A DNA stretch of 20,000 nucleotides from an uncultured virus (IMG/VR IMGVR_UViG_3300043395_001987) (IMGVR_UViG_3300043395_001987:56169-76168); one strand, 5' to 3'. Positions 7,391 through 15,338 are shown, numbered from the stretch's first letter. The notes: generated from the sequence alone by a model not told the origin. Translations and numbers: made by a program.

Positions 7391-9746
7391 AAAAGAAACA
7401 GGCGAAGATATTCTCCGAGCTATTATGGAAAAAGGTGGTAAGGGTGGTGGTAGAGCTCAGCAAGCAGCTGCAGAGGCTCTTAATGATGCTGCTGAAAGTA
7501 TTAAAGAAAATACCAGACAACAGGCAAAAATTGGTGAAACCTTAGGTAACGTTTTTAATAATTTTAAAAATTCATTTTCCAGTGCTGGTGGTGGAGGCAG
7601 AGGTACGGGTGACGGAACAGGAGGCCTTGGTGGCCTTGGGGGCGGCGGAAGAAGAAATAATGTTCCAAATATATTATTAGATATCCTAAATGTAAATAGA
7701 AGTATCTTAAAATTTACTCATTCTAATAATGATGTTCTTTATGATATTCTTGACGCTATTCGTGGCAATGAAAGAAGTAAAATTGAAGAACGTAGAGAAA
7801 GATCCACAAGAACTCAACCTACTGAAGGTACAGGTGCAGGAATAGGCAAAACTTTAACTGGTGCTGGTAATCTCTTTGGTGGTATGGGTAATTTATTGAG
7901 TGGATTGGGTGGCGGACTAGGTAAACTACTTGGTGGTGCAGGCATTGCAGCTTTTCTTTTATCAGAAGCTGATGCAGAAAAAATCAAAAAAAATATTGAA
8001 ACCCTCTTATCAATTGGTGAGGGATATGAAAGCAAGCTTGATTTCCTAAAAGAAGGTGGAACTCTTGCTTTAATGTTATATGGAATAGGAACCGGTCTTT
8101 CTACATTTGCTATTGGACAATTTGCAAATGTTATTACTCAATGGACTACTGGATTTTTAGGTAAAGAAAATTGGGCTGAAACAGTAAAAGATAATGTTGC
8201 TGATCTTTTAGAAATAGCTAATTTACCAAATAGTAATGTAGGTAATGTTGCTTGGCTTACAACGGCTTTGGTTGGTATAGGAACAGGGTTAGCTGTTTTT
8301 GGAATTGGTAAAGGCGTTGAGGGTGGGATTGAAGGTATAGTAAAGGGAATAGATTTCTTTACAAAAGATCAACCATTTGCCCAGAGGTTAAAAGATGAAC
8401 TTGGAACTTTACTTTCAATAGCAGATTTACCACACCAAAATGACGCAGGATGGTTAGCAGGTGCTTTGACTAAAATAGGACTTGGTTTAAGTGTGTTTGC
8501 ATTAGGCAAAGGTTTAGAAGGTATTGCATATGCAGGTCAAGAAATAGTTGATTTCTTCACAGGACAACAACCCTTTGCACAAAGAATATATGATGAAGTA
8601 AAAACTCTATTATCAATTGCGGATATTCCTCATGCATCAGATGATGTAACATGGTTTGCTAATATGGCAGCAGGCATCACAGCCGGTTTGGGAGTATTTG
8701 CATTAGGAAAAGGGTTAGAAGGTGGCGTTAATGCTATAACTAGAATTGTTGATTTCTTCGCAGGTCAACAACCTTTTGCTGATAGAATTTATAATGAAGT
8801 AAAAACTTTATTATCAATTGCTGATATTCCTCACGCTTCTGAAAATGTAAATTGGTTTGCAGATGCAATGGCTGGTATAACTGCAGGACTTGGAGTGTTT
8901 GCATTAGGTAAGGGTTTAGAAGGCGGGGTCAATGCAGTAACCAAGATTATTGACTTTTTTACTGGAGATAAACCTTTTGCTCAGAGAATATATGATGAGG
9001 TTTCAAAATTATTATCAATTACTAAAATTGACGCAGATGGCAAATCTTTCTTCTTAACGATGTCTGATATAGCTGCTGGTCTTGCAGCCTTTACTGTATC
9101 AGACTTTGCAAGTTCATTAGTTAATGTCGGAACTAGTATTTTAAATTTTATATCCGGAAAAAGTAGCCCGTTTGATAAGATTAAAGAATTAGCTAATGAT
9201 GCTGATAAGTTAGAAAAAGGTGCCAATGCTTTAGAGAAAATTGCAAATGCATTGTCAACATTTTCTAATATTAAAACCGGTAATTTAGGTGATATTGATT
9301 TTGAAGGTATGGCAAAAAATCTAGGTCAAGCCATACCATTATTAAATGCTCTCGCAAATGGTGGAACTTTATCTGCAGGTGGTTTATTCAGTTGGCTTAA
9401 ATCAGATTTAGATTTTGGAAAAGGTATTCTTGATCCAAATCTAAAACTTGATCAGATGGCATCTGCAATTAGTAAGATTAACTACGTATTAGGTAGAACA
9501 ACTGATATAACACCTGTTCAAGGCAATGCTCAAAACGTAAATGCAGCAACTAGACAAAACGCTGTTGATGGTGAAAGTCAAGGTAATAACATCATAGTTG
9601 TACCACCAGCAAATGGAACTTCAAACGCTTCACGTGAACCACCTATGGTTCCTAGAAGTTCAGGGGCAGTTCAGACCGCCCCTGTTCCATCTTTATTTGA
9701 TCGTCATATGTACGATAGTGCTTACTTTGGTGCTGGACACCCTTAA
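7383..9746 (+). CDS. Tape measure / gp29-like baseplate hub tail-length protein
   Basis: 787 aa, Gly/Ala-rich helical, internal 64-67 aa repeats with hydrophobic segments, directly after gp26/gp51. Confidence 0.65.
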   Translation: MAKKETGEDILRAIMEKGGKGGGRAQQAAAEALNDAAESIKENTRQQAKIGETLGNVFNNFKNSFSSAGGGGRGTGDGTGGLGGLGGGGRRNNVPNILLDILNVNRSILKFTHSNNDVLYDILDAIRGNERSKIEERRERSTRTQPTEGTGAGIGKTLTGAGNLFGGMGNLLSGLGGGLGKLLGGAGIAAFLLSEADAEKIKKNIETLLSIGEGYESKLDFLKEGGTLALMLYGIGTGLSTFAIGQFANVITQWTTGFLGKENWAETVKDNVADLLEIANLPNSNVGNVAWLTTALVGIGTGLAVFGIGKGVEGGIEGIVKGIDFFTKDQPFAQRLKDELGTLLSIADLPHQNDAGWLAGALTKIGLGLSVFALGKGLEGIAYAGQEIVDFFTGQQPFAQRIYDEVKTLLSIADIPHASDDVTWFANMAAGITAGLGVFALGKGLEGGVNAITRIVDFFAGQQPFADRIYNEVKTLLSIADIPHASENVNWFADAMAGITAGLGVFALGKGLEGGVNAVTKIIDFFTGDKPFAQRIYDEVSKLLSITKIDADGKSFFLTMSDIAAGLAAFTVSDFASSLVNVGTSILNFISGKSSPFDKIKELANDADKLEKGANALEKIANALSTFSNIKTGNLGDIDFEGMAKNLGQAIPLLNALANGGTLSAGGLFSWLKSDLDFGKGILDPNLKLDQMASAISKINYVLGRTTDITPVQGNAQNVNAATRQNAVDGESQGNNIIVVPPANGTSNASREPPMVPRSSGAVQTAPVPSLFDRHMYDSAYFGAGHP
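8090..9110 (+). repeat. Intragenic tandem repeat, unit 192-201 nt, about 5 units
   Basis: GCATTAGG (VFALGKGLEG) recurs at 8499, 8700 and 8901 (201-nt period); diverged equivalents near 8106, 8301 and 9090. Confidence 0.9.
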
Positions 9747-10669
9747 TCAGAAGCTAACTTCTTAAAGAAGCTAAGATCCTCATCGTCTTCATCCCAAGGT
9801 GCTGAAGACTCTTGCTTAGCTGCTGGGATAGAAGGTGCAGGAGCTGCACGTTGAGGTGTTGGGAAAGCTTCATCTTCATCATCAAGAGAAGGAGCCATAC
9901 GCTGAGGTGAATCAGTGAGTGTTCCGAGAGCCTTCTCAAGACGCATCTTCAATTCTTCATATGACTTGAAGTGCTTTGCATCAAGAAGTTCTTGAAGTGA
10001 ATGTTGCTTACCCCAGATAGCTTTAATCTGCTCATCATCATTTGCAATAGAAGATGGTGAATCAAATTCAGACTTATCATAGTTACGATAGCCTTCTACC
10101 TGACGAATCTTCAACTTAAAGTTTGCTCCATCCCAGAAATCAAAAGGATTAACAGCCTTCTCATCTTGGAATTGTGGATGCATAGCTTCGTTGATCTTAT
10201 CAAAGATCTTTTTACCATACTTAAACAAGAATACCTTGCCTTCGTTTTCTGGACGAGTAGGATCCTTAATAACAAGAATGTTAGAGAAGTATGAAAGGCG
10301 ACGCTTTTGCTTGCGTACAATTTCCTTATTTGATTCAATACCAGAGTTCCAGAGTTTTGTGTTCATCTCTGATACTGGATCTGGTTTATTGAATGTGGTT
10401 AGGCTTTTTTCGATATACCAACCACCAGGACCTTGGAACCCATGGTCCCAAATGCGTACGAACGGCATGTCTTCACCAGCTGGGGCGGGAAGAAAACGAA
10501 TGATCGCATAGCCATTGCCGGCTTTGTCGACATCTGGTTTCCAGAAGCGATCGTCGTTGTTTGAACCGTCTTGTTGGGAAACTGTAGAATTGAGCTTGTT
10601 GAGCTCGGATGTGAGTTTGTCAAAGTTAGACTTACGATTTTGTTTAAGTGCTTCGAAATTAATAGTCAT
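9743..10669 (-). CDS. gp32: Single-stranded DNA-binding protein gp32
   Basis: DDRFWKP..DKAGNGYAIIRFLPAP...HGFQGPGGWYIE...EGKVFLFKYGKKIFDKI...GANFKLKIR..EGYRNYDKSEF, with an acidic tail. Confidence 0.97.
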   Translation of the reverse strand: MTINFEALKQNRKSNFDKLTSELNKLNSTVSQQDGSNNDDRFWKPDVDKAGNGYAIIRFLPAPAGEDMPFVRIWDHGFQGPGGWYIEKSLTTFNKPDPVSEMNTKLWNSGIESNKEIVRKQKRRLSYFSNILVIKDPTRPENEGKVFLFKYGKKIFDKINEAMHPQFQDEKAVNPFDFWDGANFKLKIRQVEGYRNYDKSEFDSPSSIANDDEQIKAIWGKQHSLQELLDAKHFKSYEELKMRLEKALGTLTDSPQRMAPSLDDEDEAFPTPQRAAPAPSIPAAKQESSAPWDEDDEDLSFFKKLASD

Positions 10670-10723
10670 AGTATTCTCCGTTGTGTTACGATATATTAAT
10701 TGTATGATACGTTGTATATGAAA

Positions 10724-11299
10724 TCACGAGAATTTATTTCTCAAGATCCCACAATATTTATCTTTATTATACTCCATAAAAGGGTATAATTTTTTACAGT
10801 TCATGGCAATTTGAGGCCATAGAACTGGGTCATTTATCTGCTTGTTCCAACTACCAAAGAATCGTACACAGTCTTGAATAATAATAAAGGATTCTTTGGT
10901 AATCTTTTTACGAACAAGCAAATTCAGTAGATAAGGATACCCACCATCGTCAGGTACCTTAAAATTCTCATCAAAATTTTCTAATAGATGATCTATATCT
11001 GATTCAAACATATATTGAAGTGTTTGCTTACGCCTCAAATAATCATTATATTTAAATTGATGATCTGTATTAAACATATCACCTATCCAAAGTTTTTGAT
11101 TCTCTGAAAGATTAGCAACCAGAAATGTCTTAGGATCTTCGTGTTTAGACAACTTATAAAACATATATTTGTCTTTGCGTGTTTCAAAAGAGTGTTCTGA
11201 AACGTTTGTTTTACCATTATACTTTACAAAATCATATGATGGTGAAGTAAAATGATTTTTCAAAGCTACAAATAATTTATAGGCTTCAAAAGGTGTCAT
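10724..11299 (-). CDS. gp59: Helicase loader gp59
   Basis: AYKLFVALKNHFT...YDFVKYNGK...F..RKDKY.FYKL; gp33-gp59-gp32 synteny. Confidence 0.92.
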   Translation of the reverse strand: MTPFEAYKLFVALKNHFTSPSYDFVKYNGKTNVSEHSFETRKDKYMFYKLSKHEDPKTFLVANLSENQKLWIGDMFNTDHQFKYNDYLRRKQTLQYMFESDIDHLLENFDENFKVPDDGGYPYLLNLLVRKKITKESFIIIQDCVRFFGSWNKQINDPVLWPQIAMNCKKLYPFMEYNKDKYCGILRNKFS

Positions 11300-11529
11300 A
11301 TAGGTAATCTACCCGATCTTCTTACAAGGTTAAGATTTTCAGCTTCTATTTGAATTTTTGCTTTTAATACTGTACTCTGTTTAATTAGTGAAGCAGCAGT
11401 TTCAACTTCAATGTTATTTGACTCACAGTAATGCATTACAGCGTCAAAATATGTCAAACCTTTAACTGAAGCTAACCTGTCAATTTCTTTTACAAAGTCA
11501 GCAGAGGATTTTATATTACTTATTTTCAT
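11296..11529 (-). CDS. gp33: Late transcription coactivator gp33
   Basis: YFDAVMHYCESNNIEVETAASLI...LKAKIQIEAENLN...LPI. Confidence 0.92.
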   Translation of the reverse strand: MKISNIKSSADFVKEIDRLASVKGLTYFDAVMHYCESNNIEVETAASLIKQSTVLKAKIQIEAENLNLVRRSGRLPI

Positions 11530-12685
11530 CTATATTTCTTTTAAATGCAAGTGTTATGTTTGTGCCACCAAAACCAAATGAATTATTGAGAACTATATTT
11601 TGTTCAGTTTCATATGGAACATTTGGTAGGAAAATTTCTTCTGATATGCTTTCGTCTTTTTCATCTAAATTCCAATTTGGAATTATTACACTATTTTCAA
11701 GAACAGTAATACAGGCTAATGATTCAATAGCACCGGCTGCACCAAATAAATGTCCGTGCAATCCTTTAGTAGAGCTGATGGGAATATTCGATGTATATTT
11801 ACCAAAAATATTTTCTATGCTTTTTAACTCTACAAGATCACCAATTGGTGTACCAGTTCCATGAGCATTAATATAAGTTACATCTTGAATATCAAAATCC
11901 TTTAAAGCAAGAGACATACATTTAACCTGGCCTTCAGTGTTTGGTTTAGTTACAGATTCAGAACCATTTGATACACCATATCCAACTATTTCACAATATA
12001 TTTTTGCATTTCTTGCAATAGCTTTATCGTAATTTTCTAGAATGAATATTACTGAACCTTCTGACATTGTAATACCATTTCTATTTTTAGAAAAGGGTTT
12101 ACAATCACTACTTAGCGCATTCATAGCTTTCCAATAGGCAAATTGCAATTCATTAATACAAGCCTCAGAACCACCAGCTGCTAGACAATCATATTCACCA
12201 TAAGCAATCTTCTTATAAGCTTCACCTATAGCTGTAGAGGAAGATGAACAAGCTGTCGAATAAGTAAAAGCGGGACCTTTTAAACCATCTTTAAGAGCTA
12301 TAAAGTTAGCACCCATATTAACAACAGAACAAATTAATGCAGAGGGTTTAACTTTTCCTTTTGCAAATAAAGATTTATATGACTCTTCATAAGCTATAGC
12401 ACCACCACCATATCCAACACCTAATAATATTCCCTCTGGATAATTGGAACTATCATTAATAGCATCTTTATAAGATAACCAAGCAAGCCTTGTAAACCTA
12501 TCTGTAATGTTTAGATCAAACCTATCAAAATGACTATCAACATCCTCAGAAACAACATAAGAAGATGAATCAAACATATCTTGTTTAGATCCAAATACAC
12601 CTCTTATAAATGAATTTTTTACTGTGGGGTAATCATTGCCAATTGGCGTTCTGCAACCTATACCTGTAATTGCAACTCTGTTCAT
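11516..12685 (-). CDS. Beta-ketoacyl-ACP synthase (FabF/NodE-like, Cys-His-His)
   Basis: RVAITGIG, TACSSS (catalytic Cys), INAHGTGT (His), STKGLHGHLFGAAG (Lys/His) and NSFGFGGTN are all intact. Confidence 0.95.
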   Translation of the reverse strand: MNRVAITGIGCRTPIGNDYPTVKNSFIRGVFGSKQDMFDSSSYVVSEDVDSHFDRFDLNITDRFTRLAWLSYKDAINDSSNYPEGILLGVGYGGGAIAYEESYKSLFAKGKVKPSALICSVVNMGANFIALKDGLKGPAFTYSTACSSSSTAIGEAYKKIAYGEYDCLAAGGSEACINELQFAYWKAMNALSSDCKPFSKNRNGITMSEGSVIFILENYDKAIARNAKIYCEIVGYGVSNGSESVTKPNTEGQVKCMSLALKDFDIQDVTYINAHGTGTPIGDLVELKSIENIFGKYTSNIPISSTKGLHGHLFGAAGAIESLACITVLENSVIIPNWNLDEKDESISEEIFLPNVPYETEQNIVLNNSFGFGGTNITLAFKRNIDENK

Positions 12686-12939
12686 TTATGATCCATATTA
12701 TCATAAATGTAATCAACTAATCCATTCAATGTTGTTGCAATGTCTTCTATTGTAATTGAATTTATTTCAAAAACATCTTCAAGTTCAAAAAGAATATTAA
12801 TGACTTCCATAGAATCTAATTTTTCATTTAATTCTTGAAGTCTGTTGAGAGGGAAATCACTATCTAAAACATTTATGTTAATATTATAATTTTTATTAAA
12901 GTAGGTAGCAATGGTTTCACGGATTTCATCTTTTGTCAT
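12682..12939 (-). CDS. Acyl carrier protein
   Basis: 85 aa, acidic, LDSMEVINILFELEDVFEI with the phosphopantetheine Ser and helix II. Start moved to ATG 12939 (GAGG at 12948-12945) because the longer ORF overlaps the tmRNA. ATGA overlap with the ketosynthase. Confidence 0.85.
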   Translation of the reverse strand: MTKDEIRETIATYFNKNYNININVLDSDFPLNRLQELNEKLDSMEVINILFELEDVFEINSITIEDIATTLNGLVDYIYDNMDHK

Positions 12940-12956
12940 CATAACCTCATAATAAA

Positions 12957-13243
12957 TGGTGGAGAGATTCTGTTTCCAAGCTCTCTCCGGGCTCATATCA
13001 AGCAGCGAGTGCTAGATTAGGTGCAAAGTTATCGTTTGCATTTAGTTTTGTCGCTTCAGTCTCGATCTTGTCTTTACTACACCTGTCGATCCTATTTCGC
13101 CCCCATCAAAGATACAGCAAAGAAGATTTATTTACTGCTGACTCTAATCTTCTATCCAGCATCACTTCTGTATCTATGGTGGAGGCGGAGGGTATCGCAC
13201 CCTCGTCCAGTATGTCTATTCTACTAGATGTCAACAACATCAG
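12957..13243 (-). ncRNA. ssrA: Two-piece (circularly permuted) tmRNA, alphaproteobacterial type
   Basis: Acceptor piece ends GGAC-GAGGG-TGCGATA-CCCTC-CGCCTCC-ACCA (13208-13177). A 72-nt intervening segment follows (13176-13105). The coding piece starts GGGGGCG-AAATAGGATCGAC at 13104, giving a 7-bp acceptor stem with G3.U70. Tag frame 13039-12998 encodes ANDNFAPNLALAA*. The 5' end is estimated from the promoter position. Confidence 0.93.
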
Positions 13244-13249
13244 CAATTA

Positions 13250-13280
13250 TATTTATAGCATATAATTAATTAAATGTCAA
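13250..13280 (-). promoter_or_regulatory. Composite sigma70 and T4-late promoter upstream of tmRNA
   Basis: TTGACA (13280-13275), 17 bp ending in TGC, then TATAAA(TA) (13257-13250): perfect -35, extended -10, and the -10 is also the exact late consensus TATAAATA. Confidence 0.8.
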
Positions 13281-13288
13281 CTGTAATT

Positions 13289-13990
13289 TTATACACCATT
13301 TCTGGTTCTATATACTTCACGCCAATGCATCAAATCTTTAACATAATAATCTCGACGATCCTCAAATACCTGAGGAGGTTCATTGTCAACCGAAATAAGA
13401 ATAACAATTCTACTTACGGGAATATTGAATCTTTCTTCGTACATAATAGCATAGGCAGAAGCTTGACAGAAGTAATTTAAAATATGATCTCTGTTTTTTA
13501 ATTTACGAGCTGTTTTAAAATCTATAATTGAAAGTTTACCTTTCCATTCAGCAACACAATCAACAGTGCCAGCCATCTTTAAATAATCAGAATAAAGTCT
13601 TACTTCTTGTAAATGTATGTTATCAATATTTCTATCCAACTCAGGTTTAAGTTCATTGAAATTAATGACATCATTAAAATTATATTTGCTTACATCTATC
13701 TCATTATTGTTTAGATAGTCTTCACACAACTGATGTATACGTGTTCCACGAGTAGCAGCTTGTGTGCTTATTTTATTGGCTTCTTCATTACCAACTCTTT
13801 TACGCCAAGCTCGAATCGCATCTTCACTCATTAATCCAGTTACAGTAGTCACAGAGGGATATAATTCACCGGAAGGAGTTTTATAATACCTTCCGGTGTC
13901 TGTATTGACTTGTTCTAATACATCCTCATTAAGGGTCTTTTTGAGATGAGTGAAGTGCTTGCGTTGGGCTAAAATGTCCTTGAGTAGCAT
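13289..13990 (-). CDS. PD-(D/E)XK exonuclease
   Basis: RYY.TP.G..YPSVTTV...RGTRIH...AGTVDCV...IIDFKT...Q..AYA; common partner of phoH in T4-like phages. Confidence 0.85.
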   Translation of the reverse strand: MLLKDILAQRKHFTHLKKTLNEDVLEQVNTDTGRYYKTPSGELYPSVTTVTGLMSEDAIRAWRKRVGNEEANKISTQAATRGTRIHQLCEDYLNNNEIDVSKYNFNDVINFNELKPELDRNIDNIHLQEVRLYSDYLKMAGTVDCVAEWKGKLSIIDFKTARKLKNRDHILNYFCQASAYAIMYEERFNIPVSRIVILISVDNEPPQVFEDRRDYYVKDLMHWREVYRTRNGV

Positions 13991-14729
13991 TATGTAATAT
14001 TCCGTTCTCTATCATATTTCTTTTAATTATAAAGTCTTTTACGAGACCGGATCTCACAATATCATTCTCGCTAAACTCAATACATGAAAAATATTTTGAC
14101 ATTCTATCAAGTATTTTCATAAATCTATGAATGCCTTCTTTTTCATCATCCCATTTTAAATCAGTTTGTCTATAATCTCCACAGAAAATAATCTTAGAGT
14201 TATGTCCGACTCGGGTGATGATTGTATTAAGTTCTTGATATGTCATATTTTGACATTCATCAACTATTATAATTGTATTGTCTAATGTAAGTCCTCTTAA
14301 GAAAGAAGATGTTTCAAATTGTATTAGATTTTTTTGTTTAAGTATTTCGTAAGCATCGCCTCTATTATAAAGCTGAGAGCATATTGCTTGATAGGGGGCT
14401 TCATATACTTTAGATTTTTCTTTTATGGAACCGGGTAAGAAACCCATATCTCGAGAGGGGACTACTGAGCGTATTATTGTAACACTATTATATTCTCTAT
14501 ACTCTTCTATTTCTGATAAGGCAAGATAAAGTGATATAAATGATTTGCCTGTACCAGGAAGACCGTGAATTAAAAGATTTTTACCATTAATAAATTCTTT
14601 AAATACTTTTTCTTGATTTAATGTTTTAGGTGTTACAGTCTTTAGTTCGAGGTTATTTTTTGTTTGTTTTTGCTCCTGACGCTTTTGTTGTTTCAGTAGT
14701 CTCTTTTCTGCGCGAGATAGTCTTTCCAT
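13929..14729 (-). CDS. phoH: PhoH-family ATPase
   Basis: Walker A GLPGTGKS, MGFLPG, FLRGLT, IIVDECQN, TRVG, GD..Q.D, IVRS. Start moved to ATG 14729 (GAGG at 14739-14736). Confidence 0.93.
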   Translation of the reverse strand: MERLSRAEKRLLKQQKRQEQKQTKNNLELKTVTPKTLNQEKVFKEFINGKNLLIHGLPGTGKSFISLYLALSEIEEYREYNSVTIIRSVVPSRDMGFLPGSIKEKSKVYEAPYQAICSQLYNRGDAYEILKQKNLIQFETSSFLRGLTLDNTIIIVDECQNMTYQELNTIITRVGHNSKIIFCGDYRQTDLKWDDEKEGIHRFMKILDRMSKYFSCIEFSENDIVRSGLVKDFIIKRNMIENGILHNATQGHFSPTQALHSSQKDP

Positions 14730-14742
14730 ATAGCACCTCGTG

Positions 14743-14979
14743 TTACCATGTGTTGATAGTATTATTCCTCCCACTAGCTTTTTTAACACGCTTTAAAACA
14801 TCACGAAACCCTCCATCAGGTTTTCTCAAACCTAATCGAGTTGGATCTGCAATAGCAGGAGCCGATAATACTTGTTGAAGATGTGGATTGTTTTCTATGT
14901 AGGTGTCTAGTTCAGAGATTGGCATTGAGATGTCAAACTCTTTGTTGGTCTTAGTATCGTAGAACGTATAATTAGCCAT
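14743..14979 (-). CDS. FmdB-like small protein (Cys-less variant)
   Basis: M..YTF.D.KT..EF...M.ISE...Y...NPH...GFRDVL pattern seen upstream of phoH in T4-like phages. Confidence 0.6.
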   Translation of the reverse strand: MANYTFYDTKTNKEFDISMPISELDTYIENNPHLQQVLSAPAIADPTRLGLRKPDGGFRDVLKRVKKASGRNNTINTW

Positions 14980-15169
14980 TAACTACTACACCCTTAGACT
15001 TCCAGTATGCCTGAATGTCATCTTTATTTAGGGGATCATACCCTTTAGAACGCATTTCTTCTTCAACTAAATCTTCCAAATAAGCCTTTTCATTAAGGTT
15101 TCTTGGATTGTAATATTCATCAATAATCTTATTAACTACTTCTTTGTTGCTATTAAGAATCTGAGACAC
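14972..15169 (-). CDS. Hypothetical protein
   Basis: 65-aa ORF overlapping both neighbours in the operon. Confidence 0.7.
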   Translation of the reverse strand: MSQILNSNKEVVNKIIDEYYNPRNLNEKAYLEDLVEEEMRSKGYDPLNKDDIQAYWKSKGVVVNG

Positions 15170-15338
15170 TTAACATCTCCCTAAGTTTGGTTTGAACTCT
15201 TTTTAATGCTTCTGGTTCGTGTTCTTTAAAAACTACTAGTGTTTCATGAACGCCTTTTTTATGGCCTTCAAACCAATAGTATACTGCTACAGCTGCTAAA
15301 AGCAGTGTATATAGAATTGCGCTTGTTAAATTGTCCAT
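15153..15338 (-). CDS. Hypothetical membrane protein
   Basis: N-terminal hydrophobic helix AILYTLLLAAVAVYYWF; TGATG coupling to the upstream gene. Confidence 0.7.
   Translation of the reverse strand: MDNLTSAILYTLLLAAVAVYYWFEGHKKGVHETLVVFKEHEPEALKRVQTKLREMLSVSDS

Noticed and set aside
2216..9226. Short antisense or nested ORFs (2216-2461, 3859-4044, 5368-5553, 6605-6889, 7814-8035, 8981-9226)
   Set aside because: All lie within well-supported structural genes and have no independent signals.
9754..10721. Several alternative-frame and antisense ORFs over gp32
   Set aside because: Shadows of a strongly conserved gene with biased codons; no RBS or motif support.
11516..12939. Host chromosomal fab operon (prophage boundary or contamination)
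   Set aside because: No fabG, fabD or other host genes; AT content matches the phage; the KS overlaps phage gp33 directly.
12940..12996. N-terminal extension of the ACP ORF (MSPERAWKQ...)
   Set aside because: Overlaps the tmRNA coding-piece end; a good RBS supports the ATG at 12939.
13177..13208. Possible tRNA-Ala gene or attP fragment
   Set aside because: No anticodon arm upstream; the matching 5' acceptor strand lies downstream with a tag frame, which is permuted tmRNA. No integrase in the window.
13021..13265. Plus-strand ORFs of 68 and 65 aa
   Set aside because: Antisense to the tmRNA gene; WWRRRVSHPRP is the reverse complement of the acceptor/T-arm.
13289..13990. Cas4-like nuclease or CRISPR link
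   Set aside because: No C-terminal Fe-S cysteine cluster, no array and no cas genes; ordinary phage PD-(D/E)XK exonuclease.
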